From Candidatus Marinacidobacterales bacterium (GTDB taxonomy: Bacteria; Acidobacteriota; Vicinamibacteria; Marinacidobacterales; SMYC01): a stretch of DNA of 64,000 bases. The notes under the pieces are model-generated. The model made no database searches, was not told the origin of the DNA, and worked only from the letters and a program-made list of their open reading frames with translations. The first letter of the stretch is position 1, and every line of letters starts with the position of its first letter. The stretch spans positions 896,001 through 960,000 of the forward strand of contig CBDCYI010000004.1 in the NCBI GenBank assembly GCA_965224085.1, given 5' to 3'. This document shows positions 40,312 through 51,455 of this stretch, one piece after another. Both the position numbers and the translations under genes were made by a program.

Positions 40312-41808
40312 TCACGATGTACGTGATGGGGTCTGGGTGACCGAGTAATACCCGTTCACGCGCAGATTCGTGTAGAAGGCGAAGTTTCCGTCGATGCCAA
40401 GGAGACTGTTGGAGAGACCGTTCTCCGAGACCGAGCTCGTACGGTGGGTGGCCATGAAGCCGATATCGCTTCGGGCAAGCACGTCTCGACGCGCCCGCAT
40501 GACCGTGAAGTTCGTCGGATCGATGCTGCCCTCTATGCCGTCCGTTTGGATGTTGAGCGCGCCGACGCGGAACTTCCCCGACCGCCCCGTTAAGCGACCC
40601 CCTGCGATGATGGGGTCGACCCCCCCATCGGTGAGACCAATCCGCCGGCTGAAGAACATGATCGGCGTCAAGTTCTGGGTATTGCTGCCTCTACGCCGAA
40701 ATCCCCCGCCGCGCAGTTGCCGGCCACCGAAGACAAAGATATTTTGGCCTTCGAGAAAAAACTCACGCTTCTCGGGAAAAAACAAGCTGAAACGGGTCAA
40801 GTTGACCTGTTGCTCGTCCGCCTCGACTTGGGCGAAGTCGGTATTATAGGTGAAATCAGCAATGAGACCTTTGGTCAGTCCGTATTTCACATCAAAGCCG
40901 AAATCACCGTCGAGGTCGTTCGAGACGGGTGGGTCTTCGTCGACATCCGTGATCACGGACGAGATGCCATAGGGTTTGAGCTCGAGGTTCCGCGACGAGA
41001 AAGGCGCCTGAATGCCCACGAGAGTCGCAGACTCCGAGAAACGATAGATGCCGCGGAATCGGTGCGAGGCCTTGATGGGAGACAGAAACGAATCCTCGTT
41101 CTTCCAGCGCACGGTGCGGCGGAGGTTGATGCTCCAAACTTGATCGCGGCCCTTCTTATATCGGAGCGACTTGAACGGAATGACGATCTCCACCGTCCAG
41201 CCTTGGTCATCCCTCGAGGCTTTGACGTCCCACACCGTATTCCAATCGTTGTTGTTTGCGTTCCCTTCATCGCTAACGCTCTGATCGCGAAGCGCCCCGA
41301 GAGGGTTCGTTTGGAAGAAGAACCCGTTGCGGCGGTCGTAAAAGGTATCGAGCACGACGGTGAAGTTCTCGTTCTGGAAGATGTTCCGGTGGTCGCGCCG
41401 CATCTCGTTGACGACCATCCGCTCGGGACGGCTGTCCCAGCAACGCGCCGAGACGTAGATGTTCTCGTCGTCGAAGAACACCCACGCTTCTGTTTTTTCC
41501 GTGGCTAGCTGGCCTTCGTCCGGCTCCTGCTGAATGAAATCGCTGACGGAAGGGACTCTCGCGTAAGGGGGGTCATCCAGCTTCCCGTCGAGCACAATGG
41601 GCTCGGTGACGCGCGTCGCGCGCAAGGTGACGCGGCCCATCTCGTCACGAGAAATGACCGCTGGCGCTAATGGAGCCGGCGGACCGTGAAGAACAACGGG
41701 CGTCTCGGTCGTGTCGTCGTCGTCGACGGCGAACGCTTCAGCCACCAAAAAAGGCCACAATAATAGGAACAATGACGCGGCGTACCGCGACGGTAGAGCG
41801 AGCTTCAT
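40312..41808 (-). pseudogene. CBM9-like/DUF5916 outer-membrane protein, 3'-truncated
   Basis: IVLDGKLDD, GWTVEIVIPFKSLRY, NTDFAQVEAD..NLTRFSLFFPEKREFFLEG; ends abruptly. Confidence 0.8.
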
Positions 41809-42039
41809 ACGATGCCTAGCCGGCTGAAGCTTAACGCAGAACCCGCCCTGCTGCCATCGCCCGTCGGGCGGCCCGGCGGCTCGGGGACGAGCGCACTTAC
41901 CGCGTGCAGGATACGAAGTGGCCCGGACCCTCATCCCAGGCCCGGCGACTCCGCAAAGGACCGACGCCTTTTGCCTGGACGCCTTCTGCCATACTAGACG
42001 AGGAAAAGCTAGAAATCATTACGGCTTACGAGGTATGGG

Positions 42040-42315
42040 ATGAGTGATAAACGGCACGTCGATCTTGAAATCACCTATCGGGATGGTCGTCCCAGGCTCG
42101 GTTATCTTTACCTGTCGGACCCCGGTTAAAAAAGCGAGCACTCTCGTCGCATCTCGCCCCAGATCGTTGTCGACATCAACAAGCACAATGAGCTCATCGG
42201 AATCGAGCTCCTGGACCCAGAAAGCACAACTGTCGACTCTATCAACAATGTTCTCGAGCAATACGGTTTGGAGCCGCTCAAAAGATCCGACCTGAAACCG
42301 CTACTGGCCGCGTAG
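42040..42315 (+). pseudogene. DUF2283-like protein with one in-frame TAA, preceded by a possible DUF4258 3' remnant
   Basis: LEITYRDGRPRLGYLYLSDPG*KSEHSRR..IVVDINKHNELIGIELLDP; upstream ..KLEIITAYEVWDE*. Confidence 0.7.
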
Positions 42316-42339
42316 CCTAGCCCCGCCCTTAGGCGCAGA

Positions 42340-43070
42340 CCTCGATCTGCGGCACAAGCTTCGGTACTGAAAGCAAGATGTCGGCTTCGGTGAGCTTCCC
42401 GCAAAGGCCGGAAAGACCTCCTCGAGAGAGCCATACGGCGGCGACTCCCTGCGAACTCTTGGAGCTCGACAGATCCGGGTCACCGTCCCACCGCGGTAGT
42501 TCTTCCATTGGCGAAAACGCTCCGCAATCGGCGTATCGGCGATATGTTTGCCGTCCGGGGAATAGGAAGCTTTGACGGCGTGCGGGATCGGAAGCTCGAC
42601 GGTGTACCCGCTAGAACCGGCACTGTGTAGAGCTTACGGTGGCGGTTGGTGTGGACGCGGCGCGGGGAGCTGAAAAGGACGGCGGCTCCGTCCGCGGTGA
42701 AGTCGCGCGCGATGTCGGCGCCGGGATGCCACGTGAGTCGTCGCGGCTCGCCTCCGGTAGCCGGCACGACGTAGACGTCCAAGTTGCCATCGTACTCAGC
42801 GCTGAACGCGATGAGCGCGCCGTCGGGCGAAAAGCACGGATTCGACTCCGTGCCCTCGTGAGACGTGAGGCGGCGCACGTCGCTCCCATCGCGGCGTGCG
42901 GACCATAGATCGCCTGCATAGATGAAGGCGATGTGCGAAGCGCTCACCGCCGGCTGACCGAGCAGCCTCGTGTCACGCGTGTCTACCGCGTGGACGGCGG
43001 GAACTAGCGCCAGGATCGTGATGCAAGCGGCGACGCTCCGATAGGTTGCGCGAGCTCGATAGGATTGCAA
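42340..43070 (-). pseudogene. Tricorn-like S41 protease N-terminal (PD40) remnant
   Basis: TRLLGQPAVS..IAFIYAGDLW..RRLTSHEG..FSPDG..RRLTWHPG; frameshift, then truncation. Confidence 0.85.
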
Positions 43071-43313
43071 CGGTTTTCCTCCTCGACGAGACGGCGCGGC
43101 AGGTACTGTCCTGCGCGCAAAGTTGAGTTTAGTCCGTCGCGAGCGTGAAGGCGATTCTCAACAGGGGGATGTAAGGACGCCGATATAGACCCCGACGAAA
43201 AGCGCTAGAATCACTTGGCGCGGGACGACGGGACAAGCAATGGCGACCACAATCGGGACGATCGACCAGAAACCAGCATGCTCCATCGACGCCTATTCTA
43301 CGGAAACCGCAGT

Positions 43314-44327
43314 ATGAGCTCAGCCGATTTCGCACACGCCCTTCCGGATGCCTACTTTCTCGACGCGGCCGATCTGGAAGGGCTCGAGCGTTACGCACGC
43401 CAGCAAGGATTCATCGGACCCACGCAATCGCTTCATAGCGCTCAAAAAGCGGGCGAAGGCAACATGAACCTCACCTTGAGGCTCACGACGGCGGAGGGCT
43501 CGCTGATTCTGAAACAAGCCCGCCCGTGGGTAGAGAAATATCCACAGATCGAAGCACCCGCGCAGCGCTCGCTGGTGGAGATCGCGTTCTACGAGGCTGC
43601 GGCAAAACGCCCCGCGCTGCGTGACGCGATGCCTCTATTACAAGGAAGCGATCCGTCCTCGCGGGTCATTGCTCTCCAAGATCTAGGAGAAGCCCTAGAC
43701 TTCACACCGCTCTACGCGGGGAAGACGCTGACGCACGCGGAACTCGACACGCTCGTCGCCTATCTCGGAGCACTCCACGAAGCGTGGGACTCCCCGCTTC
43801 CGGCTGTCTTCGCGAATCGGGAGATGCGGGCGCTGAATCACGAGCATATCTTCCGGCTCCCGCTCGCGAGCGACAATGGTCTCGAGCTCGACCCATTCAC
43901 AACGGGACTCCAAAAAGCGTCCGAGGCATTGAAGACAGATCGCGTCTACGTCGATCGCGTCACGAAGCTCGGAGAGATGTATCTCGCCGACGGTGGGCAG
44001 CTCGTCCACGGCGACTACTTTCCAGGAAGCTGGCTTAAAACGGCGAGAGGCATCCGCATCATCGATCCCGAGTTTTGTTTCACCGGCCCCGCGGCGTTCG
44101 ACGTGGGCGTCATGCTCGCGCATCTCTATCTCGCCGACCAGGCCGGTGCCGAAGATGTGCTCGAGCTCTATCCCGGTAATGGTGAGGTTACAGCGCTCGC
44201 GCGCCAGTTCGCCGGCGTCGAGATCATGCGGCGGCTCATCGGCGTTGCTCAGCTTCCTTTGAGCTACGGCATCGAGAGAAAACGTGAGCTTCTCGAGCTG
44301 TCCCGCGAGCTCGTCCTATCCGCGTGA
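43314..44327 (+). CDS. Phosphotransferase, methylthioribose-kinase-like
   Basis: GEGNMN, ILKQARPWV, LVHGDYFPGS, IIDPEF and GVEIMRRLIGVAQ. Confidence 0.85.
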   Translation: MSSADFAHALPDAYFLDAADLEGLERYARQQGFIGPTQSLHSAQKAGEGNMNLTLRLTTAEGSLILKQARPWVEKYPQIEAPAQRSLVEIAFYEAAAKRPALRDAMPLLQGSDPSSRVIALQDLGEALDFTPLYAGKTLTHAELDTLVAYLGALHEAWDSPLPAVFANREMRALNHEHIFRLPLASDNGLELDPFTTGLQKASEALKTDRVYVDRVTKLGEMYLADGGQLVHGDYFPGSWLKTARGIRIIDPEFCFTGPAAFDVGVMLAHLYLADQAGAEDVLELYPGNGEVTALARQFAGVEIMRRLIGVAQLPLSYGIERKRELLELSRELVLSA

Positions 44328-44538
44328 CGCGCACGCCGGGACGCTTCGCCGCGCGTGCCGTCATTCTTCTCACGGTGGGCTGGCTCGGCGACACGGTCGG
44401 ACTGCGCACCGCCTACATGTGGTGCGGCGGATTCGCGCTGCTAGGGCTGCCTTTTGTCTTTCTCTTGCCGAAGAGCGTCCCCGAGTGTAGACTCCCGCCA
44501 AATAAAGAAGAGCCAATTTGAAGCCACGGAGAAGCTCG

Positions 44539-46248
44539 ATGACACGACTCGCAAAGATATTGGCGGTTTTCGCTCTCTTGACCGGTTGCACGGGTCAGGA
44601 AGCGAAAGAGCCGGCCGAACTCATTCTTCGAAATGGCAAAGTCGTGACGGTCGACGAAGCACTCCCCGAGGCGCAAGCCGTGGCGGTGAAAGACGGCAGG
44701 ATTTTGGCCGTGGGAAGTGACAGCGACATCGCAGGCCATATCGCCGAAGCGACCGAAGTCATCGATCTCGAAGGCCGTCTCGCGATTCCCGGCTTCATCG
44801 AAGGTCACGGACACTTCATGAGCCTCGGCAACGCGAAGATGATTCTCGATCTCACGAAAGTCACGAACTGGAACGAGATCGTTACCATGGTCGGCGACGC
44901 GGCGCGCGAAGCCGAGCCGGGCACGTGGATCTCGGGCCGCGGCTGGCATCAAGAGAAATGGGACGCGATCCCGCCGGGGGCGATCGAAGGTCTACCCGAC
45001 CACACGGGGCTGAGCGAAGTGTCACCGGACAATCCCGTCATTCTCGGACACGCGAGCGGCCATGCCGCTTTCGCGAACGCGCGTGCGATGGAGCTCGCGG
45101 GAATCGACCCGAACACCCCCGATCCTCCGGGCGGGACCATCGTCAAGGGATCTGACGGGGATCCAACAGGAGCGCTCCGCGAAACGGCGCAAAGGCTCGT
45201 GCGCAGAGTCTTTCAGGACTATCTCAACCAGCGCTCTGCCGAAGAGAAGCGCGCAGACGCCGAACGGCGCGTCGAGCTTGCAAGCCGAGACTTACTCTCG
45301 AAAGGCATCACGAGTTTTCACGATGCAGGCGTAAGCTTCGGGACGATTGATTTTTACAAAGAGATGGCCGAGGCGGGAAAGCTCCCCGTGCGACTCTACG
45401 TCATGGTGCGGGGCGAGTCGAACGCGGCGATGGACGAGCAGCTTCCCGCGTACAAGATGACGAACGCCTATGACGGCCACTTGACGGTGCGTTCGATCAA
45501 ACGGCAAATCGACGGCGCTCTTGGCTCTCACGGCGCCTGGCTGCTCGAGGACTACGCGGATCACTATTCGGCCGGTCTCGTTCTCGAGACCGTCGAGGAT
45601 ATCACCGGCACGGCGGAAGTCGCGATCAAATACGGCTATCAAGTCAACACCCACGCTATTGGCGATCGCGCAAACCGCGAAGTGCTCGATATCTACGAGA
45701 AAGCTTTCGCCGCGGACGCGAATGACGGTAAAGAGCTGCGCTGGCGGATCGAGCACGCGCAGCACATCGATCCCGACGACATCCCCCGCTTCTTCGAGCT
45801 CGGCGTCATCGCAGCCATGCAAGGCATCCACTGCACCTCGGACGCGCCGTGGGTCTACAAGCGCCTCGGCGACGAGCGCGCCGAATCCGGAGCTTACATG
45901 TGGCGCGACCTCCTGGATTCGGGCGCCATCGTCGCGAACGGCACCGACGTCCCCGTCGAAGATGCCGATCCGCTCGCGAGTTACTACGCCACCGTCACAC
46001 GCATCACGAAAGACGGAAGCGCATTTTTTCCCGACCAAGCGATGACGCGCGAGGAAGCGCTCGAGTCCTACACGCTGAGCAACGCCTACGCCGCGTTCGA
46101 GGAAGACGTTAAAGGCTCCATCACGCCGGGAAAGTATGCCGACATTACCGTGCTCTCGAAAGACATTTTAACCATCCCCGCCGAAGAGATCCTCGAAACG
46201 GAAGTCGTCTACACGATCGTAGGTGGCGACGTCCTTCACGCACCGTGA
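44539..46248 (+). CDS. Amidohydrolase 3 (YtcJ-like) lipoprotein
   Basis: PGFIEGHGH, DGALGSHGA, HAIGDRAN, RIEHAQ and GTDVPVE. Confidence 0.92.
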   Translation: MTRLAKILAVFALLTGCTGQEAKEPAELILRNGKVVTVDEALPEAQAVAVKDGRILAVGSDSDIAGHIAEATEVIDLEGRLAIPGFIEGHGHFMSLGNAKMILDLTKVTNWNEIVTMVGDAAREAEPGTWISGRGWHQEKWDAIPPGAIEGLPDHTGLSEVSPDNPVILGHASGHAAFANARAMELAGIDPNTPDPPGGTIVKGSDGDPTGALRETAQRLVRRVFQDYLNQRSAEEKRADAERRVELASRDLLSKGITSFHDAGVSFGTIDFYKEMAEAGKLPVRLYVMVRGESNAAMDEQLPAYKMTNAYDGHLTVRSIKRQIDGALGSHGAWLLEDYADHYSAGLVLETVEDITGTAEVAIKYGYQVNTHAIGDRANREVLDIYEKAFAADANDGKELRWRIEHAQHIDPDDIPRFFELGVIAAMQGIHCTSDAPWVYKRLGDERAESGAYMWRDLLDSGAIVANGTDVPVEDADPLASYYATVTRITKDGSAFFPDQAMTREEALESYTLSNAYAAFEEDVKGSITPGKYADITVLSKDILTIPAEEILETEVVYTIVGGDVLHAP

Positions 46249-46613
46249 AGCGCGACATCGATCTTCTCCGCCGCATTCTGCTCGATCTCGAAAGCGGCAG
46301 CTCGAATGTGCGCGGCACTAATGACGACGACGACGGCGGCGAAGATCCGCAAACGCGCAACTACCACATCCAGCTGCTGCACGACGCCGGTCTCATTGTC
46401 GCCGACGAGCTCGTCCCCGGCCAATGGTGGCCGGAGCGGATCACGTGGGCGGGTCATGAATTTCTAGATCTCGCCAGGAACGCCTCCTCGTGGGACCGAG
46501 CCAAAAGCAACGTCGAGTCCAAAGTAGGCTCCGCCCCCTTCGGCATCGTCCAGGAGCTTCTTGCCCGCGACATGCGCAACGCTTTGAGCTCGGCGCGAAC
46601 GAAGAAGAAGTAA
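46245..46613 (+). CDS. DUF2513 family protein
   Basis: MKRDIDLLRRILL..YHIQLLHDAGLI..ITWAGHEFLD. Confidence 0.85.
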   Translation: MKRDIDLLRRILLDLESGSSNVRGTNDDDDGGEDPQTRNYHIQLLHDAGLIVADELVPGQWWPERITWAGHEFLDLARNASSWDRAKSNVESKVGSAPFGIVQELLARDMRNALSSARTKKK

Positions 46614-46757
46614 TATGGCGAATGTCCTCGCCAGAGGACATTCGCCGGTGGCGATCAGGAACCGGGAGTACGGTACAAGTAGCTGCGTCGAAGCCATTTA
46701 GCCGTATTCGTTCAATGTGGCACGTGAGGTGCTATCACCCAAGCGAGGAGGATGTTA

Positions 46758-47135
46758 ATGAGAAAGATCAAGCTCACCGCCGCCATAGCTCTTGTCGTCA
46801 TCGGGAGCGCCTGTGCCTCGAAAACGGTCAACGACGTCATGGCGGACCCGCATCGCTATGCCGATCGCAACATTGCTCTACGGGGTAAAGTCATCGAGAG
46901 CTATTCCGTTGCCGGCACCGGGTTCTATCGTTTAGAAGACACGACCGGCCGCCTCTGGATTTTCTCCAAAAAAGGCGTGCCCCGAAAGGGCGCACGGGTG
47001 GAAGTCAAAGGAAAGATCCATGACGGCTTCGATCTGTCCTCAGTGGGAGGTTTCCTGAGGCTGCCCGAGGGGATCCGCGAGCGCATCGACTCGGGCTTGC
47101 TAATGGTCGAGAGGTCGCACAAGGCAAGAAGCTGA
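46758..47135 (+). CDS. OB-fold lipoprotein
   Basis: Lipobox GSAC; ADPHRYADRNIALRGKV..YRLEDTTGRLW. Confidence 0.75.
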   Translation: MRKIKLTAAIALVVIGSACASKTVNDVMADPHRYADRNIALRGKVIESYSVAGTGFYRLEDTTGRLWIFSKKGVPRKGARVEVKGKIHDGFDLSSVGGFLRLPEGIRERIDSGLLMVERSHKARS

Positions 47136-47177
47136 CCACCCGACTGGAACCTTTCTCGGAATCCTCTGACTATGGCG

Positions 47178-48029
47178 TTACGGCGTCGCGAAAGCGTTCG
47201 AGCATAACCCTTGCTTCGGGTGTGTCGTGTCCCGCTCCGATGAACCACTCGAGCTCCTCGAGAGCCATGTCGCGAGAGCCGGGGAGTCGAGCTCCCACAT
47301 CGCCCAAAGCTTGGCCAGCTCGCAGCGCGACCACTCTTCCTTGTCGTCCAGCGAACGGAGCGCGTGTTGTAACACTTCGAAGGGCTTCTCTGCCGAGCGC
47401 GCGGAGTTAGCCGACTCCCAGTGGCGTCCCGGTTCCGCGTCTCGAGAAGTGAGGTAGCCGATGAGGCCCGCCAGATAGAGTTTGTCCACACTGTAGTTGA
47501 ACACTTCCTCTTTCGAGACCGTTGTGTAGGGATTGAACGCGGCGCCGGTGACCTGCTCAGAGTAGAGGGCGCTCTCGAGAGCCTCGGCAACAGGTTGCTC
47601 GACCTGGTAGGTATCGGGCTTCAGCAGGCGGTGATCCGTGTAGAACACGAGCCACAGCGTCTCGCCCTCTTGGCGCTGCTCACTTATGATCATCGGTTGC
47701 GGACTGACCGCGCCGGCGGGAGCCGAGCCTTCGTGCTCGTTGAGCGTTTCGAGCATCTTCCGCGCGCTCTCGGTCGAAAGCGGTTGGGCCAGTGTCGTCA
47801 GCTCGCGAAGCGGCGCCCACATCTCGTCGTACGACCCAAGAGCGGAGGGCACGATAGTAAGACCGCCGGGCGCGGTTTTGTCGTCCGGCCTCGTCGCCGC
47901 CGGCGTGTCTGTTTCTCGTGGTCCCGAATCGCAAGCGAAGCTAAGAAACGCCGTCAGTGCCGCAAGCGTTCGCGTCATACGCCCGATGCGCCGGACCAGT
48001 ATCGTAGCGGGACGGCACTTTACCCCCAT
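47178..48029 (-). CDS. Hypothetical lipoprotein
   Basis: Lipobox LSFAC and a long ORF; weak SseB-like segment WLVFYTD. Confidence 0.55.
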   Translation of the reverse strand: MGVKCRPATILVRRIGRMTRTLAALTAFLSFACDSGPRETDTPAATRPDDKTAPGGLTIVPSALGSYDEMWAPLRELTTLAQPLSTESARKMLETLNEHEGSAPAGAVSPQPMIISEQRQEGETLWLVFYTDHRLLKPDTYQVEQPVAEALESALYSEQVTGAAFNPYTTVSKEEVFNYSVDKLYLAGLIGYLTSRDAEPGRHWESANSARSAEKPFEVLQHALRSLDDKEEWSRCELAKLWAMWELDSPALATWLSRSSSGSSERDTTHPKQGLCSNAFATP

Positions 48030-48107
48030 GCTCACCTCTTTTTTTGGAATGCTTCCATCGTGAGCGCGGTCGTCTCTGGTGTCAACCTCTTTCTTGCGAC
48101 TGGGAGG

Positions 48108-48170
48108 GCCTGCCCGCCTAAGCTTTAGCATCAGAGGGCCTGCCTCGCCGAAGCTTTAGCGAAGGCGGGG
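48108..48170. repeat. REP-like palindrome pair
   Basis: cctgcccgcctaagctttagc and cctgcctcgccgaagctttagcgaaggcgggg. Confidence 0.5.
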
Positions 48171-48290
48171 CCAGTCACCCGAAGCGACGCGCCGACTGTC
48201 GACGGGCAACGCACCTTTCAGGTGCAGCTCGTGGTTGAAATAGCCGACCTTCAACGTCCCGTACAAGACTACGAGGGTCAAAGGCCCGCC
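48156..48290 (-). pseudogene. Gamma-glutamylcyclotransferase N-terminal remnant
   Basis: LVVLYGTLKVGYFNHELHL, ending at the REP-like repeats. Confidence 0.6.
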
Positions 48291-48321
48291 CTTCGCGACG
48301 CGAAAAGAGCTTCCCGCGCCA

Positions 48322-50172
48322 TCAATAGCCGAGCGAATGCGTTTCGCGCCGCACGTCACCCGCAGCTATCATCACGCCCGTTTCCGGATCCCGATAGGTC
48401 ACGGTGAGCGCCCCGGTTCGCCAATTCCACAGTCCAAAGGACTGCACGTTATGGCCTTTCACGCGCAACGCCTGAAAAGTCGCCGTCGGGATACGCGCTT
48501 CGACGCGTAGCACGCCGGGGTGCTCGTTGACCTCGCTCCCGGTGCCGGGAAAGTTATAGCTCCCGAAGCGCGGCTGGTCGACTGCATGCTCCGGCGACAT
48601 GCCCCACACGCTGACGTTCAAGAAGACCTGGAGCATTGCCTGCACTTGCTGGTCGCCACCCGGCGTCGAGAGTCCCATGAAGGGCTTCCCGTCTTTCAGG
48701 ATGAGGATAGGGGTGTTGGTGTTGCGCGGGCGTTTTTTGGGGGCCATGACGTTCGCGAGGCTCGGGTCGAGATTGAGCTGGCCCATTCGGCCGCCGAGGC
48801 CGAATCCCCAAGCTGGGACGAGCGGCGTGAGCATGTGACCGTCGCTCTCGGTCATGGAAAATACATTCCCTTCCGCGTCCATCACGTTCAAAGAGGTCGT
48901 GTCCGGACGCGACCCTCCCGCTTGCCCCGAGCCGGGTCCGGCGAAGACTTCGGGCGAGTCCGTCGCAACGTTTTCCATGTTCGCAGGATCGCCCCAAGGC
49001 GGCATATCTCTAAAAGCTTTGTCCCGGTCGACGAGCTCCGCACGCTTGCGGCCATAAGCTTTCGTATAAAGCCCGCTCGGCACGTCCACGAAATCGGGAT
49101 CGCCGATATATTTGTGGCTGTCGGCCATGGCGAGCTCGATGACTTGCGAAAGTACGTGGATATATTCGGCGGTGTTGTAGCCGAGCGCTTCGACGTCGAA
49201 GCTTTCGAGCATGTTCAGGATCAGGACGAGCCGGGGTCCTTGGGACCAACCATCGCAAACATAGACGTCATAGCCGCGAAACGTCGTGTGGAGCGGCTCC
49301 ATCCAGCGGCTCTCATAGCCCGCGAGATCGTCGTAGCGCACGAGACCGTCATCGAAGCCTTCATAGAGCGCCGCCGCCGCGCGTGCAGGCTCGCCTTTGT
49401 AGAACGCGTCCCGAGCCGCGCGAATGCTCTCGGAGCGCGACGCGCCCTTCTCGAGCGCTTTCGCTTCGCCGTCCATCATGTAGCGGATGAGCCGTCCCAG
49501 GTCTTTGTTGACCATCAAGTCCCCGAGCTTCTGATCGCCCACGCCGTTCGGATACCAAAACTCGACGTTGTACGGAAACCGGGTAATCGCATCCGGCTGT
49601 GCATCGAGAAGCCCCTTCTGGTGCTTGTAGAGGTGATAGCCCCCCTCAGCAATCTCGAGAGCCGGGGCCACTGCGTCCCGAAAGCTGAACGTTCCGTATC
49701 GATCGAGCGTAGAAAGCCACACGTCGACATCGGCAGGTATGAGCGCGATACTCGTCCGCGTTTTTCCGTGCTCCAGGAAGTGCGCGAGCGTCGCTTTCGC
49801 AGGTGTTTTCCCGGCCCCCACCCGGGTTATGACCCGCCCTTCTTCAGCGCTATAGAGGATCAAAGGCGCCACGCCGGTCCACCCGGCAAAGCCCATCTTC
49901 ATGACTTTCAAGGCCATCGCGGCCGTCACGCCAGCGTCGAAGGCATTGCCGCCTTTCTTGAAAGCCTCCATACCGGCGAGCGTCGACAAGTAATGCCCGG
50001 TCGAGATGACGCCCCGTGTGCCCATGACGCGAGCCCGCATCGCCTCTATGCTGTCATTGTCGTAGACGTGCCCGTAGGCGCCGAACGGGCCGAGCGTCTC
50101 GAGAAGCTTGCGCTCCTGCGAAGCAGCCGTCGTCGCCAGAAGCACCATTCCCAATAGCCATGGACGTTTCAT
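48322..50172 (-). CDS. Gamma-glutamyltransferase family protein
   Basis: GGNAFDAGV, DTTSLNVMDAEGN, PKKRPR and TPGGDQQVQ. Confidence 0.92.
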   Translation of the reverse strand: MKRPWLLGMVLLATTAASQERKLLETLGPFGAYGHVYDNDSIEAMRARVMGTRGVISTGHYLSTLAGMEAFKKGGNAFDAGVTAAMALKVMKMGFAGWTGVAPLILYSAEEGRVITRVGAGKTPAKATLAHFLEHGKTRTSIALIPADVDVWLSTLDRYGTFSFRDAVAPALEIAEGGYHLYKHQKGLLDAQPDAITRFPYNVEFWYPNGVGDQKLGDLMVNKDLGRLIRYMMDGEAKALEKGASRSESIRAARDAFYKGEPARAAAALYEGFDDGLVRYDDLAGYESRWMEPLHTTFRGYDVYVCDGWSQGPRLVLILNMLESFDVEALGYNTAEYIHVLSQVIELAMADSHKYIGDPDFVDVPSGLYTKAYGRKRAELVDRDKAFRDMPPWGDPANMENVATDSPEVFAGPGSGQAGGSRPDTTSLNVMDAEGNVFSMTESDGHMLTPLVPAWGFGLGGRMGQLNLDPSLANVMAPKKRPRNTNTPILILKDGKPFMGLSTPGGDQQVQAMLQVFLNVSVWGMSPEHAVDQPRFGSYNFPGTGSEVNEHPGVLRVEARIPTATFQALRVKGHNVQSFGLWNWRTGALTVTYRDPETGVMIAAGDVRRETHSLGY

Positions 50173-50279
50173 TGCTGGACCCTCCCCTCATCGAGATTTC
50201 TATCACATCTAGCCTATCCTGATTAATAAATATTCGGTGTCCTCCCCGGCGTGGTATTTAATGTGCTTAGGAGGTTGTC

Positions 50280-51455
50280 ATGAAAGCCTGGCCACAGATG
50301 ACTCTCGCGGGCGGCCCCGTGCAGCTTACCGACCGCACCCTTCGAGACCAATCCCGTCCCGTGCTGTATCACTACGATCCCGCCTTCATCGAGATATTCA
50401 GCCACACGTGTGACCTATTGAAGAAGGTCTACCGAACGAAGTATGACGTGATCATCATGCAGGGCGAGGCCATCCTCGGGCTCGAGGCCGCGGCGGCGTG
50501 CTTGTTGTCGCCTGGCGACAAAGTGCTCAACCTCGTCTCGGGTGTTTTCGGAAAGTGGTTCGAGCTGTTCATCGAAAAATACGGGGGTGAGACGATCGAG
50601 CTTGCCGTGCCTTACAACGAAGCGATCGACCCCGATACCGTCCGCAGAACTCTCGAAGAAAACCCCGGCATCAAGTTTCTTTCGGTCGTGCACTCGGAGA
50701 CGCCGTCGGCAACGGTCAACCCCATCGAAGCTATCGGCGCGGTCGCGAAAGAGTTCGGCGTCCTCACGATGGTCGACACCGTGTCGGGATTGGGCGGAGA
50801 GCTCTTGAGCCCCGAGGATTGGGGGATGGACATCGCCGTTGCCGGGCCGCAGAAATGTCTCGGGGGGCCCCCGGGGCTTTCCATGCTGTGCGTGAGCCCT
50901 CGAGCTTGGGAAGCGATGGAGTCCAAGAAGAGCCCGCTCCGAGGAAGCTTTCTCTCGATTCTCGATTGGCGCGACACATGGATGGCCAAGAAGATCTTCC
51001 CCTATACGCCGTCGGTCACGAACATCTACGCCCTGGAGTCGATTCTCGAACAAGCTCTCGAAGAAGGGATGGAGCACATGGCGATGCGCCATACGACGAT
51101 CGCGAAAGCCGCTCGGCGCGGTGTTGCGGCGATGGGGCTAGAGCTTTGGGCGGCGCGCGAAGAGATCGCCGCGTCTTGCGTCACGGGTGCAGTGATGCCG
51201 CAAGGCGTCGACGACGAGAGGCTTCGAGGACGCTTACGCGATCGCTACGGTGTCATGATCTCGGGAGGCTACGGTGAGCTCGCCGGCAAACTTTTCCGGC
51301 TCGGCCACATGGGAATGGCCGCGCATCCGACTTATCTTTGCGCACAGCTCGCCATGCTCGAGCGCACTCTCGCGGACCTTGGTGTGGCTGTCACGCTCGG
51401 CCAAGGCGTTGGCGCAGCGCTCGCGTCGCTCGCAGACTGGGGAGAAAGCGCGTGA
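50280..51455 (+). CDS. Class V aminotransferase (pyridoxamine-pyruvate/AGT-like)
   Basis: VHSETPS, VDTVSG, GPQKCLGGPPG and FRLGHMG. Confidence 0.9.
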   Translation: MKAWPQMTLAGGPVQLTDRTLRDQSRPVLYHYDPAFIEIFSHTCDLLKKVYRTKYDVIIMQGEAILGLEAAAACLLSPGDKVLNLVSGVFGKWFELFIEKYGGETIELAVPYNEAIDPDTVRRTLEENPGIKFLSVVHSETPSATVNPIEAIGAVAKEFGVLTMVDTVSGLGGELLSPEDWGMDIAVAGPQKCLGGPPGLSMLCVSPRAWEAMESKKSPLRGSFLSILDWRDTWMAKKIFPYTPSVTNIYALESILEQALEEGMEHMAMRHTTIAKAARRGVAAMGLELWAAREEIAASCVTGAVMPQGVDDERLRGRLRDRYGVMISGGYGELAGKLFRLGHMGMAAHPTYLCAQLAMLERTLADLGVAVTLGQGVGAALASLADWGESA

